A stretch of 64,000 nt of DNA, taken from contig OZ024758.1 in assembly GCA_964016885.1 (NCBI GenBank), positions 6,138,001-6,202,000 of the forward strand, given 5' to 3'. Of the stretch, positions 1 through 11,652 are shown in pieces. The position numbers and the translations under genes are program-made. Position 1 is the first letter of the stretch. Each line of letters starts with the position of its first letter. Source of the stretch: Eledone cirrhosa (lineage: Eukaryota). Below the pieces are notes generated by a model. It did no database searches and had not been told where the DNA came from. It saw only the letters and a list, made by a program, of their open reading frames with translations.

Positions 1-225
1 AGCCTTGACCCTAAATCAGAAATTATTATTATTATTATTATTATTATTAGAGCGGTGGATTGGCAGTATCGGTAGAGGGTCTGACCTCCATGCTTTGCAG
101 CATAGTTACGTCACTTTACGGTCTGAGATAATACACTGGGATAATTGCTGGCCTTGTGCCAAAAGTAGAAACAATTATTACGTTTTTTTGTTTTGTTTAC
201 TCAATGACTTTTATACACAATGACG

Positions 226-243
226 GAAACAAAATGGCGCCGA
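226..243 (+). promoter_or_regulatory. YY1-like AAAATGGCGCC motif, possible promoter/TSS region
   Basis: cggaaacaaaatggcgccg in locally CpG-containing unique sequence; its ATG frame stops after 4 codons. Confidence 0.3.
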
Positions 244-1975
244 ATTAAACACTTTGTTGTTTAGTATTTTCCATTGAGATCGACTTTGCTTCCATTTTCG
301 CAAGCGGAATATTCAAGAACTCCGTTCGTTTAATCCTATTAAACACCACCTTCCAAAATTTGTAGTTTCTTATGTTAAAAATCTATAATACACTGTATCC
401 ATTCTTTACAAATGTATCGTTGTTTTACTCGAATTCAAAGATTAACGGAAAAGTCATTTTATTTTCTTTGGTCTTTGTTTTTCTTTTGGTTTTGATTGCA
501 GCAATATTTCGAGTACCTCTGTTAAGTGAGCGAGGTTAACAATCAGGGCTTAGCTTTTTCTTCTGGATATCACATTTAAATTCAACTATGCTGTGTCCAT
601 CATCACACATTTATGAACTCCGCATTCTATGTATGTAGGCTCCCGTAGCTCCTACGGGAGTCATAGGGGCACCGTAGTGACATAGTGTTTATAGGGCATT
701 GTTTAAACCTGGCAGAACCTATCTCCTCTCCAGGTCTGAATACAGCAGATTTCTTCCAGAGAATGAAAGTGAGAAAGAGATATAGAGGAAGAATCGTACT
801 AAAGTGTGACATTTCTTATCGACCTTAAATGGATGAAAGGTAAAGTTGACCTTGGCGGGATTTGAACTCGAAGAGCAGAGAACTCGAAATGAATACTGCA
901 AAGCATTTTGACAACTCGCTACCTTGAACTACCTATTAATTGTCATTAAATGTTGTCTGGCAGTCCTTTGTTTCCAAGAATTATTTATTGGTCCTCTGTT
1001 TTTCTTCATAAGACAGGGAATGTATTTCATATTTACTTATTTTGATCACATTACAATTGTAGAATCATCTCTAATTAATTTCGTATTCACTTCGTGGCAA
1101 TAATGACAGGATTTTAATTACATATTTCTGATCTTGTCAGCGTAACGTTGAATTTTAATTTTAATCTTATTTATGGAAAATCGGATAAGCTTTTTCTTTA
1201 ATGAAAGAGTAGCGTCAGAGGGTAATGAATGTGCTTATCAAACATCGAATATTCAAATCAGAAAGGTAGATAGATAGATATATAGATAGATAGATAGATG
1301 TAGATAGATATTAGATTGAAAAAGCCACAGATAAATAATAGGTTAGAAATATTCGAAAGATTTCAAAACCGAGGTAGATGAGACTCCTTGTTCACATTGG
1401 TGACAACTTTTCAGGTGATCAGTGATGAAGGTAGATGAGCTACGGCTCAGTAGCAAGCTTCTGGGAAATTGTTAGACGAGGATTCGGGACTCACCAACGT
1501 CATTTTTTCCTTCGGTGAAAATCATGGACATATAACATCATATAAATAATTGGAGCAAATGACCATGATCCCTAATCCTCAACAATGAAGATGGGAAGAG
1601 ACCAGACTATATACATATTGCAATAAACAGATCAAACTAATAGTTATTGCACTATGTAATCATGTCTTAAGTATATACATCCACTAAATACGTTTTATTG
1701 ATTCTGTCTACAGGGTGGTCCGAAAGTCTTGTTACCCTCTACCAAAAAAGTAATGAGAAACAGTTTATGTTCCCATCACAGTATCGTCCTCTTCGGAGGA
1801 GCTGGTTTGTCGAATTTTGCAGTGAGGTCATGTCACACACCCTCCATGCTCTTGCCAGAATGCACATGATCATGTGTCCATAAACTTGCAAGCAGCCTTC
1901 CTTCCAAACTATAGGAGCTCGTGTCAGCCATCTGAAATAGAAAATTATATTATTATTATTATTATTATTATTATT

Positions 1976-2168
1976 ATGGTGGCTTGGCAATATCGGTAGA
2001 GGGTCGGACGCCATGCTTTGCAGCAAAGAGTTACGGCCCTTTATGGTCTGATTTCAAATCCCGCCGAGGTTAACTTTGCCTTCCATTCTTACGGGGTCGA
2101 TAAAATAAAGTACCAGTAATACACTGGGATAATTGCTGGCCTTGTGCCAAAAGTAAAAACAATTATTA
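1976..2168 (+). mobile_element. tRNA-derived SINE family A (about 200 bp; GCCTTTCATCCTTACGGGGTCGATAAAATAAAGTACCAG core, Nin/Deu-domain-like)
   Basis: A-box TGGCAGTATCGG, B-box GTTCAAATCC, (ATT)n tail; more than 25 full or partial copies in the window. Confidence 0.85.
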
Positions 2169-2183
2169 TTATATATTATAATT

Positions 2184-2365
2184 AATTGTTTCTACTTTTG
2201 GCACAAGGCCAGCAATTATCACAGTGCATTACTGGTACTTTATTTCATCGACCCCGTAAGGATGAAAGGCAAAGTTAACCTCGGTGGGATTTGAACTCAG
2301 ATCACAAAGGGTGGTAGCTCTATGCTTCAAAGCATGGCGCCCGACCCTCTTCCAATCCACTGCCC
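2184..2365 (-). mobile_element. SINE family A, inverted partner of 1976-2168
   Basis: Reverse complement of the same consensus. Confidence 0.85.
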
Positions 2366-2485
2366 TATATATATTATAATTAATGATATATCATATTATT
2401 AAAACAAAAAATAATGAAAGTTAAAACAATATGTGATAAGGGGTGACAAGACTTTCGGACCACCCTGTAGATAACCATTTCAAAG

Positions 2486-2558
2486 AGATGTGATAATTCT
2501 ACACCAAATCATTCCAGAATGCTTGTTTCACTTCGTTCTGTGTTTAAATTACGTGAAG
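2486..2558 (+). CDS. RH-domain gene exon (acceptor uncertain, start 2486 or 2488)
   Basis: Open frame DVIILHQIIPECLFHFVLCLNYVK ending AAG|gtagat, phase 0; an in-frame TAA at 2472 limits the acceptor to the AG at 2484-85 or 2486-87. Confidence 0.5.
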
Positions 2559-3597
2559 GTAGATAATATAAGAACTAACAGTAATGTAAAAGGTGACCCT
2601 CCTCACTGCTCACTGGCTCCGTCCGTCAACCCCTCCTACAGAACGCTACCTTATTACTTCTAACCCTTGTAATATACGATACGCGTGACATAAGATATCT
2701 CCCTTATCTTTTCAACTTTAAAAAATGGGTTGCCTCCTCTTTTTACTCCTACAGTCATATATGTGTGTGTGTGTGTGTATGTGTGTGCGTGTGCGTCTGA
2801 CGGACAGTCAGACGGAGGAACAACTCTTCTTTTATATTAATTATGATGATGATTATAATATATCAAGGCGTAGTATTATAATGAATTAATTAAAATATGT
2901 ATCCAAATCGTAGGTATGTGACTGGTCAAGAACTTTATTGCGGTACATGCATTCGAAACCAGGCATTTCAATGGAGGACATGTCTTTACTCGTCACGAGA
3001 CTACACCGGGAACTCAAATCTATTGAAGTAAGTATTAGCAAAGATAGTTTTTTGAAAATCCAAAATCGAGACCCAATTTAATTTTTACTAACTTCAGTTC
3101 TTTTTTTCTTTCTTTTTTTATCGTTTGTTTTGTTTTTAAGCATAATTCAGTGGAAGAGAGACATTGGTCAGGAGCTTTCTTCTTTCAGACGAAAGGCAAA
3201 GCTAACCTCGGCAGGATTAAATCTCAAATCATTTTCCTTTTTGAATACTCTGTTTTTATTGCTGTATTCTAGAAAAGAAAATGTTATAATCGACCCTTAC
3301 GGGGTCGATAAAATAAAATACCAGTCACGCACTGGGGTCGATTTAATCGACTTTCCCCTCCCCCAAAATTGCTGGCCTTGTGCCTATATAAGAAACCATT
3401 GTTATTATTTGGATTGGCAGTATCGGTAGAGCGTCAGACACCATACTTTACAGCCTAGAGTTACGACCCTTTATGATCTGATTTCAAATCCCGCCGAGGT
3501 TAGCTTTGCCTTTCATCCAATAATGCAATGGGGTCAATTTAACCGACTTTCCCCTCCCCAAAAATTGCTGGTCTTGTGCCTAGAGTAGAAATCATTA

Positions 3598-3639
<42 letters not shown>

Positions 3640-6568
3640 ATTTCTTTTATTTATTTATTTATTTATTTATTCTTTGCTTTTCTAGCGGATATTACTGGAA
3701 ATTATATCCTACTATGAGAATCTTCCACGGTGCAAAAAACATTTTGACAGAATATTATACAAGGTTTGTACATGTCTAAAATAAATAAAACAAAACTGTT
3801 CTATTTTCTAGTATTGTAAACATTATGAAAATCAGCTGGCTCAGTAGATATGTTGTAATGTTACAAGTCGAAGAATCAACAGTTAGTATTATTGTATTAT
3901 TACAGTTAGTATTATTGTATTATTACAAAGGGCGGTGAATTGGCAGTATCGGTAGAGGGTCGGACGCCATGCTTTCCAGCATAGTTATGTCCCTTTACGA
4001 TCTGAGTTCAAATCCCGCCGAGGTTGACTTTGCCTTTCATCCTTACGGGGTCGATAAAATAAAGTACCAGTAATGCACTGGGTAATTGCTGGCCTTGTGC
4101 CTAAAGTAGAGACAATTATTGTATTATTACAGCTAACCACCATAAAGCTATTTCGAATCTCTCTGAGTCAGGAAATAAATAATTTGCTTTAAACCAGGCA
4201 TGGGCAACCTTTTTCGAGAAGCGGACCGCATGAGATATGGCTCATCATCAGGCGGGCCACATGAGATATGGCTCATCATCAGGCGGGCCGCAAGCGCTAA
4301 TTTACATTCACGCCCACATTTGAAAAAAGGGGCGGTAACTCAGGTTGTTTTGATTTGTTTCTTCAGAATTCGTACACGTTGTTTTCTTCGATCATAAAAA
4401 TGATAGAAAGATAAATTACGACTGAAAAGTTGGGTAAAAAAAATACCAGTAATGCATTGGGGTCGATTTAGTCAATTTTCCCCTCCCCAAAAATTATTGG
4501 CCTTGTGCCTAAATCAGAAACCAATATTTAGGGCGGTGGATAACATGCTTTATGGCATAGAGTTACGACCTTTTATGATCTCAGTTCAAATCCTACCGAG
4601 GTTAACTTTCATCCTTACGGAGTCGAGAAAATAAAGTACCAGTAATTCACTGAGGTCAATTTAATCGACTTTCCCCTTTCCCCCAAAATGGTTGTCCGTG
4701 TGCTTAAATCAGAAAGCATTATTTAGTCCCGTTACCTTTCATCTCTCCAGGCTGCTACGACTTAGTCTCTACTGTACTACTACGACTTAGTCTCTACTGT
4801 ACTACTACGACTTAGTCTCTACTGTACTACTACGACTTAGTCTCTACTGTACTACTACAGAGCCTTTACCAATCTTTATTGTTATTGTTTAACTTCTTTT
4901 TATTGTTTATATTGTTTTTATTGTTTATTTTCTCCTAGATCAAGAACTATTGGCCCAATTTACTGGAGACTCCTCTTCGCTTTTCTCTTTCCGACTTTGA
5001 AGGCATCCATATGTGTTTCAACAATGAAAAACCAAGTAAAGATATATTTTACCCTCTTGTTGTTAAATCACACGAGTCGATAATTCAACATGTCCGCCAT
5101 AAATGTAAGGTGAGTCTTCAAAAAATGGATAATAATGTTAAACGTACAATATTTATTTTGTGATGTAGTCTTTCCTTCTTCTTGTTCTTTGTCTTCTCCT
5201 TCTTCTTATTCTTTTCCTTCTTATTCTTTTACTCCTCCTTATCCTTCTTCTTCCCCTCGAGAATGTCGTGGGGAACAAAGTCCTCAAACACTCCTTCCAG
5301 CGGGTCCTGCCAGAAGCAACTATTTCCAACTGACCCAGCTAGATCCCCAAGCAAGACCAGCCTTGCTCGGAGTCTACCCCTGGATCTCCTGCCGATTAGT
5401 TTTGCCCACCAAATCTGTCTAGTGATTCTTTCCTGAGACATTCTAACCACATGTTCATAGTATCGGAGCTGTGATCTCTCAATTCGGAGAAGTAGCGGCT
5501 CTACCTGGAGTGACTCTCTGATCTTTGAGATATGCACTCTATCTAGTAACTCTTTACGATGCTGAAAATGTGTTTAGTAGCAGAGATGTGTAATGATGGT
5601 AAGGCCAAGATTTTGAAGAGATTTTGAGGGTTCTAGTTGTGTGATGTTCATAGTTAGGGGTGGGCTGGTGTGTGATAGTGTCTTCTTGAAATTTGTAGTG
5701 AATGTATATTTTTGCTATTAAAGGAGACAAGATTGACATGACTCCGTTGGAGGATATTTTTCGATGCTTCTCTTCATGAAGTCTTTAGATACCATATTTG
5801 GTATCTAAATCAGAAACCAATAAATATTGGTTTCTGATTTAGGCACAAGGCCAGCACTTTTTGGGGAGGGGAAGTTGATTATATCAGCCTCAGTGCATTA
5901 TTGGTGCTTTATTTTATCGACCCCGTAAGGATGAAAGGCAAAGTTAAACTCGGAACGTAAAGGGGCGTAACTCAATGCCACAAAGTATGTTGTCCGACGC
6001 TCTACTGATACTGCCAATCCGCCATCGCTGGTTATTTCTGATTGAGGCACAAGGCCATCAATAATTATAGCAATCATAATGATAAACAATTATCCAACAT
6101 CTACCATAAATTCTGTTCCTCCATTTCAGGTCTGTATTAGTCAATCTTATATCTGTGCTATTTGTGGCCCAGTTTCAGTTGATGAAATGAATAGTGAATA
6201 TGATGATCCTCTTTATCCCTTTGAAAGCTCTGTTTTCAAGTGTCCAAATGAAAACTGCACATCCCCTGTTTGTGTTCACAGGTCAGTAAACAAAGTTAAC
6301 TTCTTCTTCTTCTTCCCGTGGCTCTTGTTGGAAGCAACGTTTTGAATCAGAGGAACTGTTGTCATTCCAATTTTATAGAGACGGTCAGCTGTACAGGGTC
6401 CGAGCCTGGAAATATTGACTTAAAAAAACAACAATGATGATATAAAATATACTCAATTATTAATTTTTTGTAATATTCTCTTCTTTCAGGGGATGTCTTA
6501 GGAGAAGCCTTAGGAGAAATCCAGACTTTCATTGTCCATCTTGTGAATCCAAGATTGAATATGAGTAA
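2486..6568 (+). CDS. Divergent Rubicon-homology (RH, zf-RING_9) domain protein of the DEF8/PLEKHM1/PLEKHM3/Rubicon family; at least 6 coding exons, 5' end unresolved
   Basis: Exons about 2486-2558, 2914-3027, 3686-3763, 4939-5109, 6130-6281 and 6490-6568 join with GT-AG ends and matching phases (0,0,0,0,2). Spliced product: ...DVIILHQIIPECLFHFVLCLNYVK|VCDWSRTLLRYMHSKPGISMEDMSLLVTRLHRELKSIE|RILLEIISYYENLPRCKKHFDRILYK|IKNYWPNLLETPLRFSLSDF...IIQHVRHKCK|VCISQSYICAICGP...DPLYPFESSVFKCPNENCTSPVCVHR|GCLRRSLRRNPDFHCPSCESKIEYE*. The motif order IP..H..KV / FSLSD / H-x3-C-x2-C-x5-C-x2-C / LYPF / C..C..H-x2-C / C-x2-C matches the RH domain as I recall it. Confidence 0.75.
2914..3027 (+). CDS. RH-domain gene exon
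   Basis: tag|GTATGT...ATTGAA|gtaagt, 114 nt, VCDWSRTLLRYMHSKPG...ELKSIE. Confidence 0.7.
3686..3763 (+). CDS. RH-domain gene exon
   Basis: polypyrimidine tract + tag|CGGATA...TACAAG|gtttgt, 78 nt, RILLEIISYYENLPRCKKHFDRILYK. Confidence 0.7.
3930..4120 (+). mobile_element. SINE family A
   Basis: Near-full copy of the consensus. Confidence 0.85.
4755..4858. repeat. Minisatellite, about 4 x 25 bp
   Basis: CTACGACTTAGTCTCTACTGTACTA perfect copies. Confidence 0.95.
4939..5109 (+). CDS. RH-domain gene exon
   Basis: ttttctcctag|ATCAAG...TGTAAG|gtgagt, 171 nt, open reading frame. Confidence 0.78.
5260..5555 (-). mobile_element. RTE-clade LINE 3' fragment
   Basis: LLLRIERSQLRYYEHVVRMSQERITRQIWWAKLIGRRSRGR, a typical RTE ORF C-terminus, followed by a purine-rich tail. 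Confidence 0.7.
6130..6281 (+). CDS. RH-domain gene exon (zinc-binding Cys/His)
   Basis: tttcag|GTCTGT...CACAG|gtcagt; VCISQSYICAIC...LYPFESSVFKCPNENC...VH. Confidence 0.8.
6490..6568 (+). CDS. RH-domain gene last coding exon
   Basis: ttctttcag|G GGA TGT...CPSCESKIEYE TAA; phase 2 matches the previous exon; AATAAA at 6702. Confidence 0.78.
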
Positions 6569-6780
6569 ATGAGACAACAGGAAGAAACATCAAGCCTATC
6601 AATGCAGCAGTTTTCTTTATGTCTTTAACAGTGTTATAAGTATTTCTTCTTCTTTTCCAGTAATAACATAACACAATAGATAAAGTAGGAAAGAAGAGGA
6701 AAATAAAGAAGTAAATTATGATAACAGATTGTTTTTGAGATAGAGAAGTTAAAAATATTTATAGGATTTTATAGGATTGA

Positions 6781-7530
6781 TTCTTTCTAACATTGGCTCA
6801 AGGACAACAATTTGGGGGTAGGGAAAAGTCAATTGATCCTAGTACTTGACTGGTATTTTCATTTTATTCAACCCAGATGGATAAATAGCAAAGTTGACTT
6901 TAGCAGGATTTGAACTCAGAATTTAAACAGCTGAAATAACTGCCACATATCATTATATCCAACATTCTAATGATTCTGCCAATCCATTGCACTAAATATA
7001 ATTACTATTGGGTCGTCAAGTATGAAATTTATAGAAGTTTGTAGAAAAAAAGCAAATTTCTACAAAAATTTCATACTTGACGACCCAATACTAACAATAA
7101 TTGTTTTTACTTTTGGCACAAGGCCAGCAATTATACCCAGTACATTACTGGTACTTTATTTTATCGACCCTGTAAGGATGAAAGGCAAAGTTAACCTCGG
7201 CGGGATTTGAACTCAGACCATAAAAGGCCGTAACTCTTTGCTGCAAACTAACAATAATGGTTTCTATAAGGGTTTATGATTTAGACACAAGGTCAGCAAT
7301 TTTGGGGAGAGGGGAAAGTCAATCAAATTGACCCTAGTATTTGACTGGTAATTTCATTTCTTTCAACCTAGAAGGATGAAAAGCAAAGTTGACTTTGGCA
7401 GGATTTAAATTCAGAATGTAAACAACTGGAGGGGGGGGGGGGGGGGGGTAAGTGGATTAAATCGACCCCAGTACATTACTGGTACTTTATTTTAACAACC
7501 CTGTAAGGATGAAAGGCAAAGCTAACCTCG
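6781..7530 (-). mobile_element. Cluster of SINE family A copies (at least 4)
   Basis: Repeated ttggcacaaggccagcaatt...ttttatcgacccc...ggatgaaaggcaaagttaacctcgg. Confidence 0.8.
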
Positions 7531-7536
7531 TATATT

Positions 7537-7566
7537 GGCCTTTCAGCTAAGATCAAAGTGTAGTAT
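7537..7566 (+). pseudogene. U2 snRNA 5' fragment
   Basis: GGCCTTTCAGCTAAGATCAAAGTGTAGTAT compared with U2 GGCCTT(T/A)TGGCTAAGATCAA(A)GTGTAGTAT; ends just after the GUAGUA branch-recognition sequence. Confidence 0.7.
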
Positions 7567-8136
7567 TACTACTAATAACAAAGGTGTGTGTATGTGAGTG
7601 TTTGAGTGCGTGTGAATGTGTGAGTACATTTTCAGTTTGGTTTTCTAATCAAGTGTAAATCTTTTTGAGAATAAAATGTTTCACATAGATACACTCCCCA
7701 ATTCTCACAGAGGAATACAATCTCTCAACTAATCAGTCTCATATCAATTCATAAATTGAATTTCAGGAGAATCTTGATTACCTATATAGATACCTATAAT
7801 AATTATTTCCTATTCTATTCCAATGATCTCAATCAATACTACACGAAAGCAAGATCTTTTAGTACAGATTTAGTTCAACTTTATATTTGTCCTAATTCAG
7901 ACTGGCTTAAGTCTTTCGCTACTATATTTCTAATGAAAACCATTGTCTAAAATTTCCAAATAATTTTGAAAACAATAAAAAATTTGGGGGTATTTTTCAT
8001 TATTTTTCATTATTAAGCTGGTGTTTGGAACATACCATATTTCCCGGTGCCAAAGATGCTTCAAACTCAAGGACACACCCTAACTTTGACAACCAAAAAT
8101 TTGAAAAAAAATAATAAACAAACCTCGTCGCATGGT

Positions 8137-8177
<41 letters not shown>

Positions 8178-9771
8178 CTTATTTTAGGGAAAGAGTAGCA
8201 GGAAATATGGTAACTTAATAAATGTTCTTAAACAAAATTAGGATGGAAAGTTTTTAGATAAATATAAATTCTTTTAAACAAATAGTCTTATATCGTGGAC
8301 CTGGGGTAATTTCAGGCAGTTTGGTATCAAAAGAGTTAATTTGGAGACATTTCCAATAATTATGTTTTCTAGCATAGACAAATACTGACGATTTCTTTTT
8401 ATTTTGTGTTGAATGATGTGGAAAATTACATTAACCCAGTATTTAACTGGTATTGGCAGCAGCAATAAACTGATATTTACAGTATCAACCCTGGACTGTT
8501 GATGACAGATGTTTAAATAGCGATTTCTACTATAGGCACAAGGCAAGCAATTTTTGGGGAGGGAAAGTCGATTAAATCGACCCCCCCCCTCCCCAAATGC
8601 ATTACTGGTGCTTTATTTTATAGACCCTGTATGGGTGAAAGGCAAAGCTAACCTCGGTGGGATTTGAACCCAGACCATAAAGGGCTGTAACTCTATGCTG
8701 CAAAGCATAGTTACAGGAGTTACGGGACCATACCAAACCATACCCTGCAGACAGAGTACCATCTGTGTGTAACTTACTCTGCAAGTATAATTAATCTATT
8801 AAGTTTGTTAAAAACCCTATAAACTTATATATTACGCCTAAAAATAAGATTAATATCAAGATTGATAAAACCCTTTTATTTATGTGACACATTTCAAAAC
8901 TGATATATCTTCTGTTTCATATGTTGTGCACATATCTATACTAAAATAATTGTTATTGAATGATTGTTCTTTAAAGGTGAAGTGGTTAGAGCACTGATCT
9001 TGTAATTATAAGGATGTGAGTTCAATTTGAGGACCATATAGTGCATTATTTTGCTTTTGTTTTTACCGTATAGTCGGGGAAGGATGAGCAGTGCCCTTAC
9101 TTGATTCTTTTCTAAGTCTCGACAATTGGTGAGAGAAATAGGGAGGACAGTATCCATCCTCTAAGTGCAGACCTGGCCCAAATGTTTAAAAGCACTCAAG
9201 GGTCAGTCAGATATTGGTATTAACCCTTTAGCATCCATATTTTTCAACATTTACTATTATATTTTTGCAGTAAAGACTTTATCTCACATAACATCAAATC
9301 TATCAGATTTTGATGCTATTTATTTTGAGAACAATACTTTAACATCAGTATAAGTGGCCACTTACGGCCAGTTTGAACAGAAAATCCTGGCCGGTTACAG
9401 CTGGTTTGAATACTAAAGGGTTAAACAAGACAATGAATTAAGTCTACACCTAAAAGTAAGGCACTTCAAATCTTGCGGTTCCAACCCATTCAGTTGAAGA
9501 ATAAGTAGCAGCAGCAGCTCTTGGAGGGTTAACGATGCAATGGACTGGCATCTTGTCTTGTATTCTCAGTCATTTAATGTCACATAAAGCCAGAATAGAC
9601 TTTGATCTGATGAGCCTTGAGCTTTGAGAAATATAAATAAATCTTTAAATATTTATAAAATTATAGTTTTATTTATAAACATCTCTGAATTTACAATAAA
9701 TTCAATATTTTTATTTTTAAATAATATTATTTAACTTCACACTTTTATCTTCTCCAGCAAGGTATATGTGG

Positions 9772-10030
9772 AGGCGTGTGGCCTAGTGGTAAGGATGTTG
9801 GACTTACAATCATAATGTTGTGGGTTCCATTCCTGGGCTGCGTTGCATGTTGTGTACTTGAGCAAAAACATTTCATTTCGCGTTACTCTACTATACTCAT
9901 TTGAAAATGTGTAGCAGCAATAGCTGGAGGTTTAATCATGCAATGGACTGGCGTCCTGTCCAAGGGGAAGTCTTGTCGCTTCACGCCATGAAACCAGGAT
10001 AAGCACCTTGGCCTAAGACAGACTTTAGAC
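9772..10030 (+). mobile_element. tRNA-derived CORE-like SINE family B
   Basis: GTGGCCTAGTGG A-box, GGTTCCATTCC B-box, TGTGTACTTGAGCAA CORE-like block; related copies at about 23850-24012(-), 33400-33655, 35062-35250, 51118-51330, 56900-57090(-), 58520-58710. Confidence 0.75.
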
Positions 10031-11498
10031 TACATTTAGCTGTGGCCATGCTGGAGCATTGCCTTTTACTAAAAAATAAATACCAAAAGATTTGTTTCCA
10101 TAAAACTAGACACCCAATACATTCAGTTATAACTGGAACTACAGAAAGTGTTTTATACTGTACTGTTTTACTAAGCAGGGTATTCCACAGATTTGTCCTC
10201 AAAAAACAACCCACTTTCTACTAATTTCTTTTATCCAATGCTTTCACATCTTACAATAAAAAAAATCTTGTTATTTCTATTGAAATGTTAAAATGTTTAT
10301 TCAGTAATTCTTTATAGCATCTGTCTGGTGTTGAGTGTAATGCAATAACATTTAGATTTCTTAAATCTTTGAAATATACAATAGATCGTAAATACAATTT
10401 AACATTAACAAAGTATTTTGAAATTCTATTTGTGTTATCAAAATATTTGTGCCATCAATTCTGATGAAATAATATTTTTAAAATGTATTTTAGAATTGAT
10501 ATTAAAATTTTCTGAATGAATCAATTCCTTTTTATTTATTTTTTTCATGTTTACAATAAGCCAACGTAATTTTTGTTTAATTTTACTCTACATCTACGGT
10601 ATATTGTTGCAAATCCTTGGTTATTATAATAAAGGTTTCAACCTCTTATCTATATGCTACAAAAACTCTGATGTAATACAACCAAAAGGGGTGCATAATG
10701 GGAATACAAATGGAATAAAACAAGTTTCACGTAAATCAGAGCACGTGTGACTGAGTACCTTCATAGAAAGAGATAGTGGTGGTATATATGTGAGTGTCTA
10801 TAGATCAGACACCCACATACATACACACAAATATATATGGGCCTTCCAGTTTCATTTCACATTATATAAATGTCTATTTTAATATTTTAATTATTTAAAA
10901 AAAATATTTTGAAGTGAATGTGACCTAACGGGTCACAGATGGTCTAGTATTATTTAAAATTAGGTTGTTACCCATCACTACACTGCCAGAAAAATACACA
11001 CACAAACAACTGACAAAAAAAAAAAAAAATCATTTTTTTTTTACTTCAACCAGATATCTCTCCAAAAACATGTTTATGTGAACTACGATAAAAATATTAA
11101 TAGTATATAATAATTCTTATGCAGGGGTTCTCTGAGACAAACTATTTCAAGGTTGAGAAACTGGGCACTGGGATGTTGTATCTTGTTTACCATGCAGGCA
11201 TGAAATGGTTTAACCCTTTAATGTTCAAACTGGCCAGAATTCTCTACCTTTTTCTGGTTGTAACTGGTCACTCAAACTGATGTTAAGGTATTGTTTTCCA
11301 AATCTCAGATTCAATATTATGTGAGATAAAGCATTTACCATGAAAACATAATAGTATATATAGAGTAATGTGAATACTAAATGGTTAATAGAAAATAATA
11401 ACTCCAATAGAATTATTTTTGAATAAATGAGATTTTATTATAGAGGACGTTGCATATGAGCAAAGATGAAAAATATATCTATGTAGAAGTAATTCTCT

Positions 11499-11652
11499 TC
11501 AAGTGTACAGACGAATATAGCTATCAGCACCTGAAGAAAAGAGCCAAGGTTGTGTAGGGTGGAACTGACAGTCCAACACTCCAAGGTTGTTCACTGAGTC
11601 ATGACCATGTAAAACTTTAACAGGTACAAGAAGTGGATTTTGTAGCAGGTCA
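11499..11652 (-). CDS. BOP1: BOP1 exon 19 (last)
   Basis: [14 protein letters not shown]...[21 protein letters not shown]; AATAAA on - at 11434-11439. Confidence 0.97.

Larger units (their letters stand above)
1711..2467 (-). mobile_element. Internally deleted Tc1/mariner-superfamily DNA transposon with two nested SINEs
   Basis: 27-bp TIRs CAGGGTGGTCCGAAAGTCTTGTYACCC (26/27 identical), TA at both ends; transposase N-terminal HTH remnant on - (YSLEGRLLASLW...V*HDLTAKFDKPAPPKRTIL*WEHKLF). Confidence 0.85.

Noticed and set aside
2469-2558. Transposon inserted exactly in the TAG acceptor, with an exon starting at 2471 (ITISKRCD...)
   Set aside because: That frame ends in phase 1 and does not join the next exon; the RH-like frame needs an acceptor at about 2485-2487.
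3576-3779. ORF-track frame SSGYYWKLYPTMRIF
   Set aside because: The overlapping RILLEIISYY frame is the one whose phases fit both neighbouring exons.
3930-4020. tRNA genes at A/B-box motifs
   Set aside because: The boxes belong to SINE heads; there is no cloverleaf and the sequence continues into the SINE body.
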